Shown in pieces: positions 10,537 through 21,899 of a stretch of DNA of 64,000 nt (positions are counted from its first letter, which is position 1; every line of letters starts with the position of its first letter). The notes beneath the pieces are model-generated. The model saw only the letters and a list, made by a program, of their open reading frames with translations. It was not told the DNA's origin and made no database searches. Source of the DNA: an uncultured Thermoleophilia bacterium (GTDB lineage Bacteria > Actinomycetota > Thermoleophilia > UBA2241); assembly GCA_963791345.1 (NCBI GenBank), contig CAWBRS010000002.1, forward strand, positions 22,707-86,706. Direction: 5' to 3'. The translations under genes were made by a program, and so were the position numbers.

Positions 10537-11297
10537 GTGAGCGACGAGCAGCACGCCGAACGGCGCGGGTGCGCCGCGCTCTTCGCAGGCGTCGCCGGAG
10601 GCCAAGCGCCACGGCGCCCCGCGCCACAGCCGGCGCCGCTTCATCAAGGGCGGCGCCCTGCTGGCCGGGATCGCCGCCCTCTTCGCCCTCGTGCGCGCCG
10701 CCGGGGTGCGCGGGCCCGGCGGCGGCGGGGGCACGGGCGCCTTCGATCTGCTCGCGAGCTTCCCGGTGCGCAGCATCGAGGACGAGCCCGAGACGTCGCC
10801 GGCGGAGTGGGTCGTCGAGGTCGACGGGCTCGTCGAGCGGCCGCTGCGCATCGTGCGCACCGACTGGGCGCGCCTGCCGCGCTTCGAGCAGACCGTCGAC
10901 TTCCACTGCGTCGAGGGCTGGAGCGTGCCGGACGTCGCCTGGGGCGGCGTCACGCCGGCCGTCCTGCTCGACGAGGCCGGCGTCCGCCCCGAGGGCACCC
11001 ACGTCGTCTTCCACGCCGCCGGCGGCGAGTACGTCGACAGCCTGCCCATGGATCTCGTCCGGCACCCGCAGACGGTGCTGGCCGACACCATGGACGGCGA
11101 GCCGCTGGAGCGGAAGCACGGCGGCCCGCTGCGTCTCGTCGTGCCCGGTGCAGCTCGCCTACAAGAGCGTCAAGTGGGTGACGCGGCTCGAGGTCACCGA
11201 CCGTTCGGTGCAGGGCTACTGGGAGGAGCGCGGGTACCCGATGGACGCGCCGGTCGGCGGCGGCGGACGGTCGAGCGGCTCGCAGCCGCGCGGCTGA
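10537..11297 (+). CDS. Molybdopterin-dependent oxidoreductase (MsrP/sulfite oxidase family), Tat-exported; frameshifted
   Basis: Twin-arginine RRRFIKGG; DFHCVEGWSV; HGGPLRLVVP; YKSVKWVTRLE; GYWEERGY. Confidence 0.85.
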
Positions 11298-11393
11298 GTC
11301 CGGAGCGGGGCCGGCGGCCCGGCGTCCGCCACCGCCGGCCGCGCCCCGGATGCGGACCGCGTCACCCGTTGCCCGCCCGCGTCGCGCCAGGCG

Positions 11394-12691
11394 TCAGCCC
11401 GGCAGGCGGTCGTCGAAGTACAGCACCCCGGGGAAGGGCCGCAGGCAGTGGGTGTGCCAGGCGGCCTGGCAGTAGGAGCCCACGCACGGCAGGGCGACGA
11501 CGTCGCCCTCTTCGAGGGCCGGCAGCGGCGCGTCATGGGCGAAGATGTCGGGGCCTTCGTTGATGTGGCCGGCCACCGTGTAGCGCCGCTCCGCGGGCGC
11601 GTCGGCGGCGCGGCAGAGCACGACGCCGACGGGCTCGTGGTAGACGAACGCGCGTGCATGATGTTCCAGCCGCAGTCGAGGCCGGCGAAGACGGCGCTGC
11701 CGTCGCCGGCCGCACTCCTGTCCTCCACGGTCACGACCTCGGCCAGCAACACGCCGGCGTCGGTGCTGAAGTACTCCCCCGGCTCGACGGCGACGGTGAC
11801 GCCGAGGGGGCCGAGGTGGCGGGCGAGCACCCCGGCGTAGGCGGCGAGGTCGAGGGCGTCGTCGCTCGTGGTCGGCGCCGCGAGACCGCCGCCCATGTTG
11901 ACCTCGGTCACGGGGCAGCCGAGGTCGAGCAGGCGCCGGGCGATCGCGGCGACGGTGGCCGTCGCCTCCTCGAAGCGCGGCAGCAGCGACGTCGCAGCTG
12001 GTGGGCGAGGTGCACGTGCACGGTGTCGATCGTGAGCGCGTAGGAGCGCGCGACGGCGACGGCCTCCTCGAGGCGCTCCGGGTAGATGCCGAACTTCGTC
12101 GGCCGGTCGCCGGAGTACGCGTGCGTCACGTTGGCGGGGTCGACCGCGCTGACGCGCGGGTTCACCCTGAGCCCGACCGCGGTCCCCGGCGCGCGCCGCC
12201 CGTAGCGGTGGATCTGGCTGATCAGGTCGAGGTTCACGTGCACCCCGCTCGCGAGGATGACGTCGAGGTCGCGCTCGCTCACGTTCGTGCCCGTGTAGCT
12301 GATCTCGGAGGGGAGGAAGCCGTGGGCGAGGCCGTGCTCGACCTCGCCCGGCGAGCAGACGTCGAGACCGATCGCGTCGGCCGAGCCGGGCGACCCGAAG
12401 GCGCGGAAGCGGGCGAGGACCTCGGGCTCGCGCTGCGCCTTCAGCGCGGCGCGGACGCGGAACGCGACGCCGCTGCCGGCGAGCGCGTCGCGCAGGGCGC
12501 GCGACGTTCTCGTCGATGCGCGTCAGGTCGTAGACGTAGAGCGGCGTGCCGTGCTCGCGGGCCAGGGTCTCGGCGTCGCGGCCGGCGATGCGCAGGCGGC
12601 CGTCGACGGCACGCAGGCCCGCGTGCTCCCACCACGGCCGCGCCGTCCCGGCAGGGGGTGAGCCGCCGCCGCTCTCGTCAAGGGGTCGCAT
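11394..12691 (-). CDS. Diaminopimelate decarboxylase-family (Orn/DAP/Arg) PLP decarboxylase; frameshifted
   Basis: [49 protein letters not shown] motifs across three frames. Confidence 0.75.
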
Positions 12692-12908
12692 GAGGGTAGT
12701 GTCTCGTGGGCATCGGGCGCGCGGCAAGCCGGGCGAGCGGGTGCGGGGCGGCGCCCGGCGGCCGTCGCGCCCGGGCCGGCACGCCTGCCGCGACGGCGCC
12801 GGGTTAGCGGGCCCGCGCTGGCGGGCAGGATGGCCACGGAGCCGACGGCGTCGATCCTCGCCGCGCGGCAGAGCCGTCGATGCTGAAGCCCGGCCGAGGA
12901 GGAATCCG

Positions 12909-13070
12909 ATGAAGTGGCGCTGCACCGTCTGTGACTACATCTACGATCCCGAGGTGGGCGACCCCGACAGCGGCGTCGAGCCGGGGACCGCGTGGGACGA
13001 CCTGCCGGACGACTGGGTCTGCCCGGAGTGCGGCGTCGAGAAGGACATGTTCGAGCCGGTCGACGACTGA
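12909..13070 (+). CDS. Rubredoxin
   Basis: [19 protein letters not shown]...[13 protein letters not shown]; two CxxC; RBS GAGGAGG. Confidence 0.95.
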   Translation: MKWRCTVCDYIYDPEVGDPDSGVEPGTAWDDLPDDWVCPECGVEKDMFEPVDD

Positions 13071-13281
13071 CGAGCGTCCCAGTCACACCAATGGGGCCGC
13101 GACGGGCGCCGCGCGAAGTGCGCGCGGCGCCCGTCGTGCGTTCGGCGCGGGGGCGTGGCACCGGTCACGCTTCCCGCCCCGTGCCCGGCCGGCGTCGCGC
13201 CTCCGTGCGCGGTGTGCACGACCCTCGGCATCCGCGCTACAGTTGGGGCAGGAGCGAGCGAGTGAGGGGAGCGAGGCACCG

Positions 13282-14029
13282 ATGAGTCTGCTCGAGCTGA
13301 AGGACGTCAGCCTGAACCTTGGCGGCAAGGACATCCTCAACAACTTGACCGTCGAGTTCTGGGAGGGGCACATCCACGCCCTGATCGGCCCCAACGGCGC
13401 CGGCAAGTCGACCCTGGCGAGCACGCTCATGGGCCTCCCCGGCTACACGCACCACAGCGGCGACATCCTTCTCGACGGGGAATCGCTCGTCGGGGTCCCC
13501 GTCGACGAGCGCGCCCGCCGCGGCATGACCCTCGCCTGGCAGGAGCCGGCGCGCTTCGAGGGCCTCCGCGTCGACCGCTTCATCGCCGCCGGGGCGAAGG
13601 ACAAGAGCACCGACACCGTGCGCCGCGTGCTCGACCGCGTCGGCCTCGACCCCGACAAGTACATGACGCCGCGCCGTCGACCGCACGCTCTCCGGGGGCG
13701 AGCGCAAGCGCATCGAGCTCGCCTCGATCCTCGCCATGGAGCCCCGTCTCGTGCTCATGGACGAGCCCGACTCGGGCATCGACGTCGAGGCCCTCAACCG
13801 CATCTTCGACGCGCTCTCCGACTTCAAGGAGCGCGGCGCCACGGTGATCATGATCACCCACAGCCAGGAGGTGCTGAAGCACGCCGAGCACGCCTTCCTC
13901 ATGTGCTGCGGGAGCATCCTCGAGAAGGGCCCGGTCGGGCGCATCGAGGGCTACTTCGCCAGCCACTGCGTGCCCTGCGACCACGAGAACGCGCCCGACA
14001 TCGACGAGCTCGCGGGGGTGGAGGCATGA
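13282..14029 (+). CDS. sufC: SufC-like Fe-S assembly ABC ATPase; frameshift near 13670
   Basis: Walker A GPNGAGKST, LAWQEP, LSGGERKRIE, MDEPDSGID; C-terminal Cys motif. Confidence 0.8.
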
Positions 14030-14974
14030 GCCCGACGTCGCAGCAGGTGGAGACGGCCCGCGAGCTGCTCGCCAGCCTCGGCGACTTCGGCGGCCACGTG
14101 AAGGGCGACGACATCGCCCACCTCGAGGTGCACGGCAACGAAGTCGTCGGCGTCGCACCTCGTCCCCGGCTTCGAGGTCGACGTCGACCAGCTCGACGAC
14201 GGCATCGCGGCGCACATCCACCTGAAGAAGGGCGTGCGCCTCGCCAAGCCCGTGCACCTCTGCTTCGGCATGCTGCCCGAGACCGGCCTGCAGCGCATCG
14301 TCATGGACGTCGAGGTCGAGGAGGACTCGTTCGCCTCGGTGCAGGCGCACTGCACCTTCCCCAACGCCGTCGACATCACCCACAAGATGGACGCCGTGGT
14401 GCGCATCGCCGCGGGCGCCACCTACGAGTACTTCGAGCGGCACCTGCACGGCGCCGGGGGCGGCGTCCTCGTGGTGCCGAAGACGAAGGTCGAGGTCGGC
14501 GAGGGCGCGCGCTTCAAGACCGAGTTCGAGCTCATCAAGGGGCAGGCCGGGGTCATCGACTTCGACTACGAGGTCGACTGCGACGCCCACAGCCTGCTCG
14601 ACATGATCGCCCGCATCTGGGGCCGCGGGCACGACCGCATCACGATCCGCGAGACCGCGCGCCTCAACGGCGAGGAGGCGACCGCCGTGCTCCAGAGCCA
14701 CATCGCCGTCAAGGACGAGGCGGTCGCCGACGTCTACAACTCGCTGGCCGCCAACGCCGCCGGCGCCCGCGGGCACGTCGACTGCAAGGAGATCGTGCAG
14801 GGCGCGGCGATCGCCAGGGCGGTGCCCGTGGTCGAGGTCAACCACCCCCGGGCGCACATCACCCACGAGGCCGCGATCGGCAGCGTCGACTCGAAGCAGC
14901 TGCAGACGCTCATGAGCCGCGGCCTCGACGAGGAGAAGGCGACCGACCTGATCATCGAGGGGCTGCTGGGCTGA
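14026..14974 (+). CDS. SufB/SufD-family Fe-S scaffold protein (minimal SmsB-like); frameshift near 14155
   Basis: PVHLCFG, AHCTFPNA, GARGHVDCKEI, THEAAIGSVD, LMSRGLDE. Confidence 0.85.
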
Positions 14975-14994
14975 CGCAGGGCCGGGCCGGATGA

Positions 14995-16252
14995 CTAGAG
15001 CTCGAGCCCCTCGAGGACCGAGATCGCCTCGGTGCGGGTGAGGCCGCCGGAGACGCGCACGGCGTAGCCGTCGTCCCAGACCACGGCGGCCGGGCCGTCG
15101 GCCCCGTACCACGTGTGCGCCGTGCGGCCTGCGAAGAGCCCGTACGTGCAGCTCGACCGTCTGGTGCCCGAGGAGGTCGTTCCAGCCGGGGTCGATCGGC
15201 GTCGTCCAGGAGCCGCCGGTGACGATCTCGATGGTGTACGACGAGAGGCCCTTGGCGTAGAGGAGCACGGCGGCGTTCGGGGCGGCTGCGCCCGGGTACG
15301 GACCCTCCGCTCGCCCGCCGCCCGCGGCGCGACCCAGACGGCGGGCGCGCTCCCGATCCGCGTCACGCCGACGGCGACGAGGTCGTAGCCGTCCGGGTCC
15401 AGCGTCGAGGCGGGGAGGGCGACCCCGAGGCGCTCGGCGGCCTCGTCGAGGTCGCCGACGATCTCGGGGTCGCCCGACTCGAAGCTCTCCAGCCGGGCGC
15501 CGGCCGGCGGTGTCGTGTCGAACGTCCCGGCGGCCGGCGGTTCGTCGATCCGGAGCTCCTCGACCCGGTACTCGACACGCATCCCGGCCCTCCACGCCGT
15601 TCAGGCTGTACCAGACCACCAGCCCGGTGTCGCGGTCGACGATGAGGTCCTTCAGCCACGAGCCGCTGCGCCAGGAGGCGCGCCACGCCTCCCTGCCCTG
15701 GTAGAGGACCGGCTTGATGCCGATCGTCTCGTCGTCGTCCTCGACGGCCGAGCGCACGATGGCGGCGTCGCCCTGGAAGTCGACCGGCGTGGGGCCGCCG
15801 ACCCGCCAGCGCGGCGGCCACTGGTCGGTGACGAGGGTGGCGCGCGGCCGCCCTTCGGCAGGCTCGAGCACGTGCAGCTCCTCGCGCGCCGCGGCGTCGT
15901 ACGCCCAGCGGTGACCGCCGGCGCGCTCGAAGCGCAGGCCGTCGTTCGCGACGACCGCGTCGACCGTCGCACTGCCGTCGCCGGAGAGCACGAAGGACCC
16001 GCTCGTGGTGGTGCTCACCGTGGAGCCGTCGCGCACCTGCTCCTCGGTGTAGACGAAGCGGCCGGAGGCGCTCGCGAGGGCCGGCATCGTCACCGACGGC
16101 GGCGGCTTGAGCACGAAGGCGTAGAACAGCAGGAGGAGGAGGGCGAGCGCGGTCAGGGTGACGGCGAAGCCGGCCGGCGTGCGGCGTACACGCGCGGTCC
16201 GGATCTGCTCGCTGACGCGTTGCTCGCGGTCCTTCGGGGGGAGCATGGCCAT
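14995..16252 (-). CDS. Hypothetical membrane-anchored protein (LolA-like/extracellular), frameshifted
   Basis: Single N-terminal TM then beta-rich domain (LIVDRDTGLVV); pieces in three frames. Confidence 0.45.
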
Positions 16253-16256
16253 GGCG

Positions 16257-16548
16257 TCAGATCCCCTCGCCGTCGAGGCCGGGCTCGTCGCCCCGTCCGT
16301 CCCCCGGCTCGTCCGCGTCCCGGCCGCGCCCGGGCCGATCGCTCTTCGCCCTCTTCCGCCCGACCGCCGGACCGTTCGACGTCGGCGCCTCCGTCCTCGT
16401 CGCGTTCGCCTCCGCCCCCACCCCACGACCAGACGAAGAACAGCGGCAGCAGGAAGAAGACGACGCCGAACCGCCACGAGACGAAGAGGGTGACGAGGGC
16501 CACCGTCACGCCGGCGAGCAGCAGGATGAGGTTGCGCGACCGCATCAC
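16257..16548 (-). CDS. Small hypothetical membrane protein
   Basis: Two hydrophobic segments followed by a charged tail; end approximate. Confidence 0.4.
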
Positions 16549-16566
16549 GTCACCCGCACGGTGGCG

Positions 16567-16938
16567 TCAACGCCGCCCTGCGCGGGTCGCGCGCTCGTGG
16601 ACCGTCCGGCGGCGGAAGGGACGCAGCAGGGCGTCGCCGACCAGGGGCACCACGATGGGCAGCGTGCGGATGAGGACGAGGACGGTGAGGGCGAGGGCGA
16701 CGGTGATCGCCCCCATGATGGCGAGGACGTTCCCGATCGCCAGCATGAAGGCGCAGAGGCCGCCGACACCGAGGTAGACGAGAGGGACCCCCCACTCCGG
16801 CATGTGGTCGAAGGCGGACTCCGAGAGGCGGACGGCGATGGCGACGAGGACGCCGAGGATCACGTACGTCGCGGCCAAGCCGATGGCGAAGGCGGTCACG
16901 GTCCTCCAGTGCCGAGTCGCAGACCCGTCCGGGACCAT
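16567..16938 (-). CDS. Hypothetical membrane protein (3 TM)
   Basis: ATG 16938 with GGAGG RBS; strongly hydrophobic. Confidence 0.5.
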   Translation of the reverse strand: MVPDGSATRHWRTVTAFAIGLAATYVILGVLVAIAVRLSESAFDHMPEWGVPLVYLGVGGLCAFMLAIGNVLAIMGAITVALALTVLVLIRTLPIVVPLVGDALLRPFRRRTVHERATRAGRR

Positions 16939-17020
16939 GCTACTCGTTCCTCCCGGACGGCGTCCCCGGGCGACCGGCGGGCGATGCGCGCGGCAGCGGA
17001 CGGCGTCGCCGCTGTCCTGC

Positions 17021-17100
17021 GCTACTCCGCGGCGGAGACCGCGAAGGTGCTCTGCTCGCGGCGGAGACCGTGGGGGTGCTACTCCGCGGCGGAGACCGCG
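17021..17100. repeat. Three ~28-bp tandem units duplicating the 3' end of the adjacent gene
   Basis: GCTACTCCGCGGCGGAGACCGCG at 17021 and 17078; degenerate copy at about 17049. Confidence 0.7.
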
Positions 17101-17971
17101 GCCGCGTCGAGCGGCCCGCAGTCGAGCGTCCAGTCGTCGGTCGGCGTCGTGTGCAGCGAGAGACTGCAGGACGAGCGGTCGGCGGCGAGCTCGTAGCTGA
17201 AGTCGCCGACCGCGTCCGACTGGGTCATGGGGCCGTGGTTCCAGGGGTTGCTCGGCCACAGGGCGCCGTCGCGCAGAGCCCCGACGCCGCCTTCGCGCGA
17301 CACCTGGGAGGCGGGAGGGTAGAGGCCGTCGTGCCGCCGGGCCCACTCGATCACGTACTGGCGGATCAGCGAGAGCCCTTCCTGCTCGCGATGGCGGTAC
17401 GCCAGCCGGCCCGAGCCGGGCATCGAGCCCCTCACCTCGAACTCGCCGTCGGGCAGGTGGCCGACCAGGCGATAGCTCCGGCGGTCGGCCGCCACGGTGT
17501 AGGTGTAGCGGCCCGGAGATGTGCCGGGGCGCATGGCTTTGCCGGTCCACGGGTCCGCCGGCCAGAGCGGCGCGTGGAGCCCGCCGCTCTTGCGCACCAT
17601 GTCGGCCGCGGGGTAGCTGTAGTAGCGCTCCAGGGCGTAGGTCTCGATGTAGCCCTGCAGGAGCAGCAGGCGCTCCCGCATCGAGTCGCTCCTCGGTGAC
17701 GACGGCCGGCCTCGCCGAGGGGTCGAGGCTCGGCTCGGGCTCGCCGGACGGCCCGGCCGGTGCCTTCCGGGCTCGGCGCGGCGCTCCCGGCGGCGCCCGG
17801 CTCATCCCCGCCGCAGCCGCTCGCCGTCACGGCGATCAGCAGCCCGGCGACCAGCAGGAGGCCGGCGGCGAGGAGTCGTGCCCGGCGGCCCGCGCGCCGC
17901 GGCGCACCACGCGACGCGTCGCTCCTGCGCGGCGGCGCCAGACCTCGCCGGGCGGCCGTGCTGCGCTGCAT
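17079..17971 (-). CDS. Lipoprotein with two tandem pilin/GspG-like globular domains; frameshifted
   Basis: Lipobox ASGC; two repeats of YP...LWPxxPWxxxxM....G.Y.Y...AD. Confidence 0.6.
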
Positions 17972-18162
17972 GTGTCCCTCCCTCGGGCCCCGGGTCCGTG
18001 TCGTCGCGCAGTCTGCGACGGGCATCGCACGCGGTCAAGCCGGCCGCGCGCGGGCGGTTCGCGCCCGGGTCCGGGCGGGGCCCGTCGGCGTCGCCGTCCG
18101 GCCGTGGAGAGCCGCCCTTCCCTCGGGCGACGCCGGACACCACCGAGCGCCGTCGCCGCCGG

Positions 18163-18200
18163 CATGTCCAATTGCGCAGGATGATGTTCAATTGGGCATG
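18163..18200. promoter_or_regulatory. Inverted repeat (putative operator) upstream of mtbB
   Basis: CATGTCCAATTG-N14-CAATTGGGCATG, 11/12 complementary, AT-rich relative to surroundings. Confidence 0.55.
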
Positions 18201-18248
18201 ATCGCGCGACCCCCGGGTCGCACCCCCCGCGAGCGTGAGGTGACGCCG

Positions 18249-19635
18249 GTGGAGCCGAGGATCCCGACCCGCATGGGCGACGGGTTCATGGTCGAGAGGA
18301 CCCGTAGCGAGCTGCGCGCCGACATCGAGGCGGCGACGGCCGAGGCGGCGCGCAAGGCGAAGTGCCCGCCGCTCGCCGCCGGCGAGCTCGACCACCTGCT
18401 CGACATCTACGCCTCGCCCGCGTCGTTCACCGCCGTCGACATCGGCGACCAGGTCGTCCTCTCCTGCGACGGCGGCGGCAGCAAGATGACCGGCACCGAC
18501 CTCCAGGACCTCCTCGAGAGCGAGCAGCGCCTCGGCCAGGACATCCTCGAGCTCTGGCACATCGAGTACAGCTACAAGGCCATCAAGACGATCCTGCCGT
18601 TCCAGCAGCAGCTCATGCAGAACGCCCAACTCATGCTCACCGCGCCGATCCAGTACGGGGCGCAGCCCAACCTGGCCTTCTACTCGAAGCCCGACGGCCC
18701 TGCCGACAACTGGTTCGAGCTGCTGCCGCAGGGCCGCATCGCCGAAGCCAAGGCGGCCATCGAAGAGGCGATGGAGCACGCGACCAAGGACTTCATCTAC
18801 GTGAGCGACGGCATGATGGAGGCCGGCGCCGACGGCATGGACTTCGACACCACCGGCGGCGCCGGCGACGCCGACCTCTTCAGCACGCTGCGCGCGGTGA
18901 AGCACGTGCGCGAGAGGTGGCCGGAGGCGGGCATCGAGGTCGGCATGGCCGGCGAGTTCGTGATCGGCGTGCACGGCGAGCTCGCGTGGGAGGGCCGCCG
19001 GCTCGCCGGCATGTGGCCCAAGGACCAGCTCGAGGTCGCCCAGGACGCGGGGGCGACGCTCTTCGGCCCGGCGGTGAACATCCGCACCTCGAAGAGCTGC
19101 GCCTGGAACGCCGCCTTCTCCCTCACCGTGATGAAGCCGTGCATGGAGGCGGCGCGCATCCCCGTCCATCCCAACGTCGGGCAGGGCGTGTGCGGCGTGC
19201 CGGTCAACGGCTACCCCGGGGAGGACGCCTCGTCGCGGGCGGCCAAGGCCTGCGTCGAGATCCTGCGCTGCGACGGGTTGTAGGTGGGCTCGGGTGACTC
19301 CAGGGGCATGGACGTCACCCACGCGCTCGCCGCCGGCATGGGCGGGATCCGGACGGCCGGAGATCTGGTGGCCCGGATGCAGATGTCGCGGGGCATGCGC
19401 CTGAACGGAGGCGAAGGAGTACGTCGCGGGGAAGCTGGGCTGCGGGGTGCGCGACCTGAGCGACAGCTACGCCATGGAGCAGCTCAGGGGCGAGCTCGGT
19501 CTGGGGAGGATCCTCGACCACTCGAACCTGCACCCCGGCGAGCCGAACGCGATGTACGCCAAGTTCCGTATCGCCGAGCTGCTCGGGCTGCGCATCAACT
19601 CGGTCGAACGATTCAAGGACCTGGCCGGTCTCTGA
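18249..19635 (+). CDS. mtbB: Dimethylamine:corrinoid methyltransferase MtbB homolog with in-frame amber (pyrrolysine) codon at 19281-19283; +1 frameshift near 19408
   Basis: TRMGDG, YGAQPN..YSKPDGP, GADGMDFDTTGGAGDAD, GMAGEF, FGPAVN; DGL-(TAG)-VGSGD corresponds to MtbB DGI-Pyl-IGVGD; homology continues AGMGGIRTAGDLVARMQ...EAKEYVAGKLG...INSV. Confidence 0.9.
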
Positions 19636-19742
19636 CGATACAGGGTTCGGTGGGGCGGCCGGCGGCGGGGGCCACGGTCGCCCCGCCGATCAGCCGCGCA
19701 CCGCCGTTGCGGCGGGCGTGGGGTGGACTGACCGGAGGCCGG

Positions 19743-20161
19743 ATGATGCGCGCGAAGTCGTTCGATCGACGCCGGCCGTGCGCGGTCGCTGCCGGCGGTC
19801 GCGGCGCTGGTCGCGGCGCTCGCCCTCTCCGCCGCCTGCCTCATCTGCGCTTGCGCCGGGGAGGCCGCCGAGCCGGTCACGGCGCCGGTCGACCAGGCGA
19901 AGGATCTCGCGGCGAAGGCCGCCGTGCTGGCGATCGCGACCGGCGTCAAGGCGCACGTCGCGACGTCCGGCGAGGCGCCGGCGGACGCGAGCCAAGCCAC
20001 GCTCGGCGCCTTCGTGAGCCCCTGGCCCGACAACCCCTTCACGGGCGCCCCGATGGCGCCCGGCTCGAACCCCGGCGACTACGTCTACGACGGCGCTCGG
20101 CGACGGGGCCTACGAGCTCTCCGTGTACCTCTCCGACGGGACGCTGTCGCCGGCTCCGTGA
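19743..20161 (+). CDS. Small lipoprotein with pilin/GspG-like domain; frameshifted
   Basis: Hydrophobic Cys-containing leader; AVLAIATGVKAH...WPDNPFTGAPMAPGSNPGDYVY...YELSVYLSDG. Confidence 0.55.
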
Positions 20162-20290
20162 CGGGCACCGCCCGCGGCCGCCTCGGCGGGCGCCGCCCTG
20201 CCGCTGCGTGATCGGCGCCGCCCCGCGGCGCCTCAGCGGCCCCCGCCCTGCCGCTCCGTGATCGCGCCGCTCGCGGCGCCTCAGCGGCGC
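20150..20290. repeat. ~48-bp degenerate tandem repeat (3 units) beginning at gene stop
   Basis: Recurring GCT(C/G)CGTGA...GCCGC...GCGG(C)GCCTC(A/G)GCGG. Confidence 0.5.
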
Positions 20291-20474
20291 CGCCCCGACG
20301 GTCCCCGTCGGGCAGCGCCTTGACCGGCTCGGGCGGGCCGGGCGGCCGGAGCACCGGTCGTCGGGTACGATGCGGGGAGCGCCGTCGCCTCGCGGGCCGT
20401 GTCCGGACCCGCGGCGCCGCCTCACGCGGCCGGCGGCGACGCCACGCGCGGCCCACGACGAGGAGGACGCACCG

Positions 20475-21899
20475 ATGGACCCCGCCGAGTTCCGCACGCT
20501 GGGCCACGAGCTGGTCGAGTGGATCGCGGCCTACCGCGAGCGCCTCGAGGGACTGCCGGTCATGAGTCGCGTCGAGCCCGGCGAGGTCGCCGCGCAGCTC
20601 CCGGCCGAGCCTCCGCAGCAGGGCGAGGGCCTCGACGACATCGTCGCCGACCTCGAGCGCATCGTGCTGCCGGGGATCACGCACTGGAACCACCCCGGCT
20701 GGTTCGCCTACTTCCCCTCGAACTCCGGACCTCGCCTCGGTGCTCGCCGACCTCGTCGCGTCGGGGCTCGGCCCCCAGGGCATGAGCTGGCAGACGAGCC
20801 CCGCCGCGACCGAGGTCGAGGACGTGGTCATGGACTGGCTGCGGCAGATGATCGGCCTGCCGGAGTCGTTCACCGGCGTGATCCACGACAGCGCCAGCAC
20901 GGCGACCTTCTGCGCTCTGCTCTGCGCGCGCGAGCGCACGACGGGCTTCGGCCAGAACCGCGGCGGCCTGCAGGCCGAGGAGGCGCCGCTCGTCGTCTAC
21001 GCCTCGGACCAGGCGCACAGCTCGATCCCCAAGGCGGCGCTGCTCGCCGGCTTCGGCGCCGAGCACCTGCGCCTGGTCCCGACCGACGACGAGCACGCGC
21101 TGCGCGTCGACCTGCTCGAGGAGGCGGTCGCGGAGGACCGCGCCGCCGGCCGCAGGCCCTGCGCGGTCGTCGCCGCGACCGGGACGACGGCGACGACGGC
21201 GCTCGACCCGGTCGGCCGGGTGGCCGACGTCGCCGAGCGCCACGGCCTCTGGCTGCACGTCGACGCGGCGCTCGCCGGGACGGCGATGATCTGCCCCGAG
21301 TTCCGCTGGATGTGGGAGGGCGTCGAGCGCGCCGACTCGCTCGTCTTCAACCCCCACAAGTGGATGGGCCCGGGCTTCGACCTCTCCGCCTACTACGTGC
21401 GCGACCCCGAGCACCTGGTACGCGTGATGAGCACCGACCCGAGCTACCTGCGCACGGCCCAGGACGGCCGCGTGCGCAACCTGCGCGACTGGGGCATCCC
21501 GCTGGGCCGCCGCTTCCGCGCCCTCAAGCTGTGGTTCGTGATCCGCGAGCACGGCGTCGAGGGCCTGCAGGCGAGGATCCGCAGAGACGTGGCGAACGCG
21601 CAGTGGCTGAAGGAGCAGGTGGACGCCGCCGCGGAGTGGGAGCGCCTCGCCCCCGTGCCGCTGCAGACGGTCTGCCTGCGACACGCACCCGCGGCGCTCG
21701 CCGGCGACGAGGCGGCGCTCGACGCCCACAACCTCGCCATCGTCGACGCCGTGAACCGCGCGGGGGAGAGCTACCTGACGTCGGCGGTGGTCAAGGGGGT
21801 GCGGGCCGTGCGCGTCTCGATCGGCGCCCAGGCGACCGAGCGGCGGCACGTGGAGGCCGTCTGGCGGGCGTTGCGCGAGGCCGCCGCCGGCGCGCTGAG
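20475..21899 (+). CDS. Aromatic-L-amino-acid decarboxylase (group II PLP); frameshift near 20725, end approximate
   Basis: PGITHWNHPGWFAYFP, SPAATEVE, AHSSIPKAA, LHVDAA, FNPHKW, GRRFRALKLW. Confidence 0.9.
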
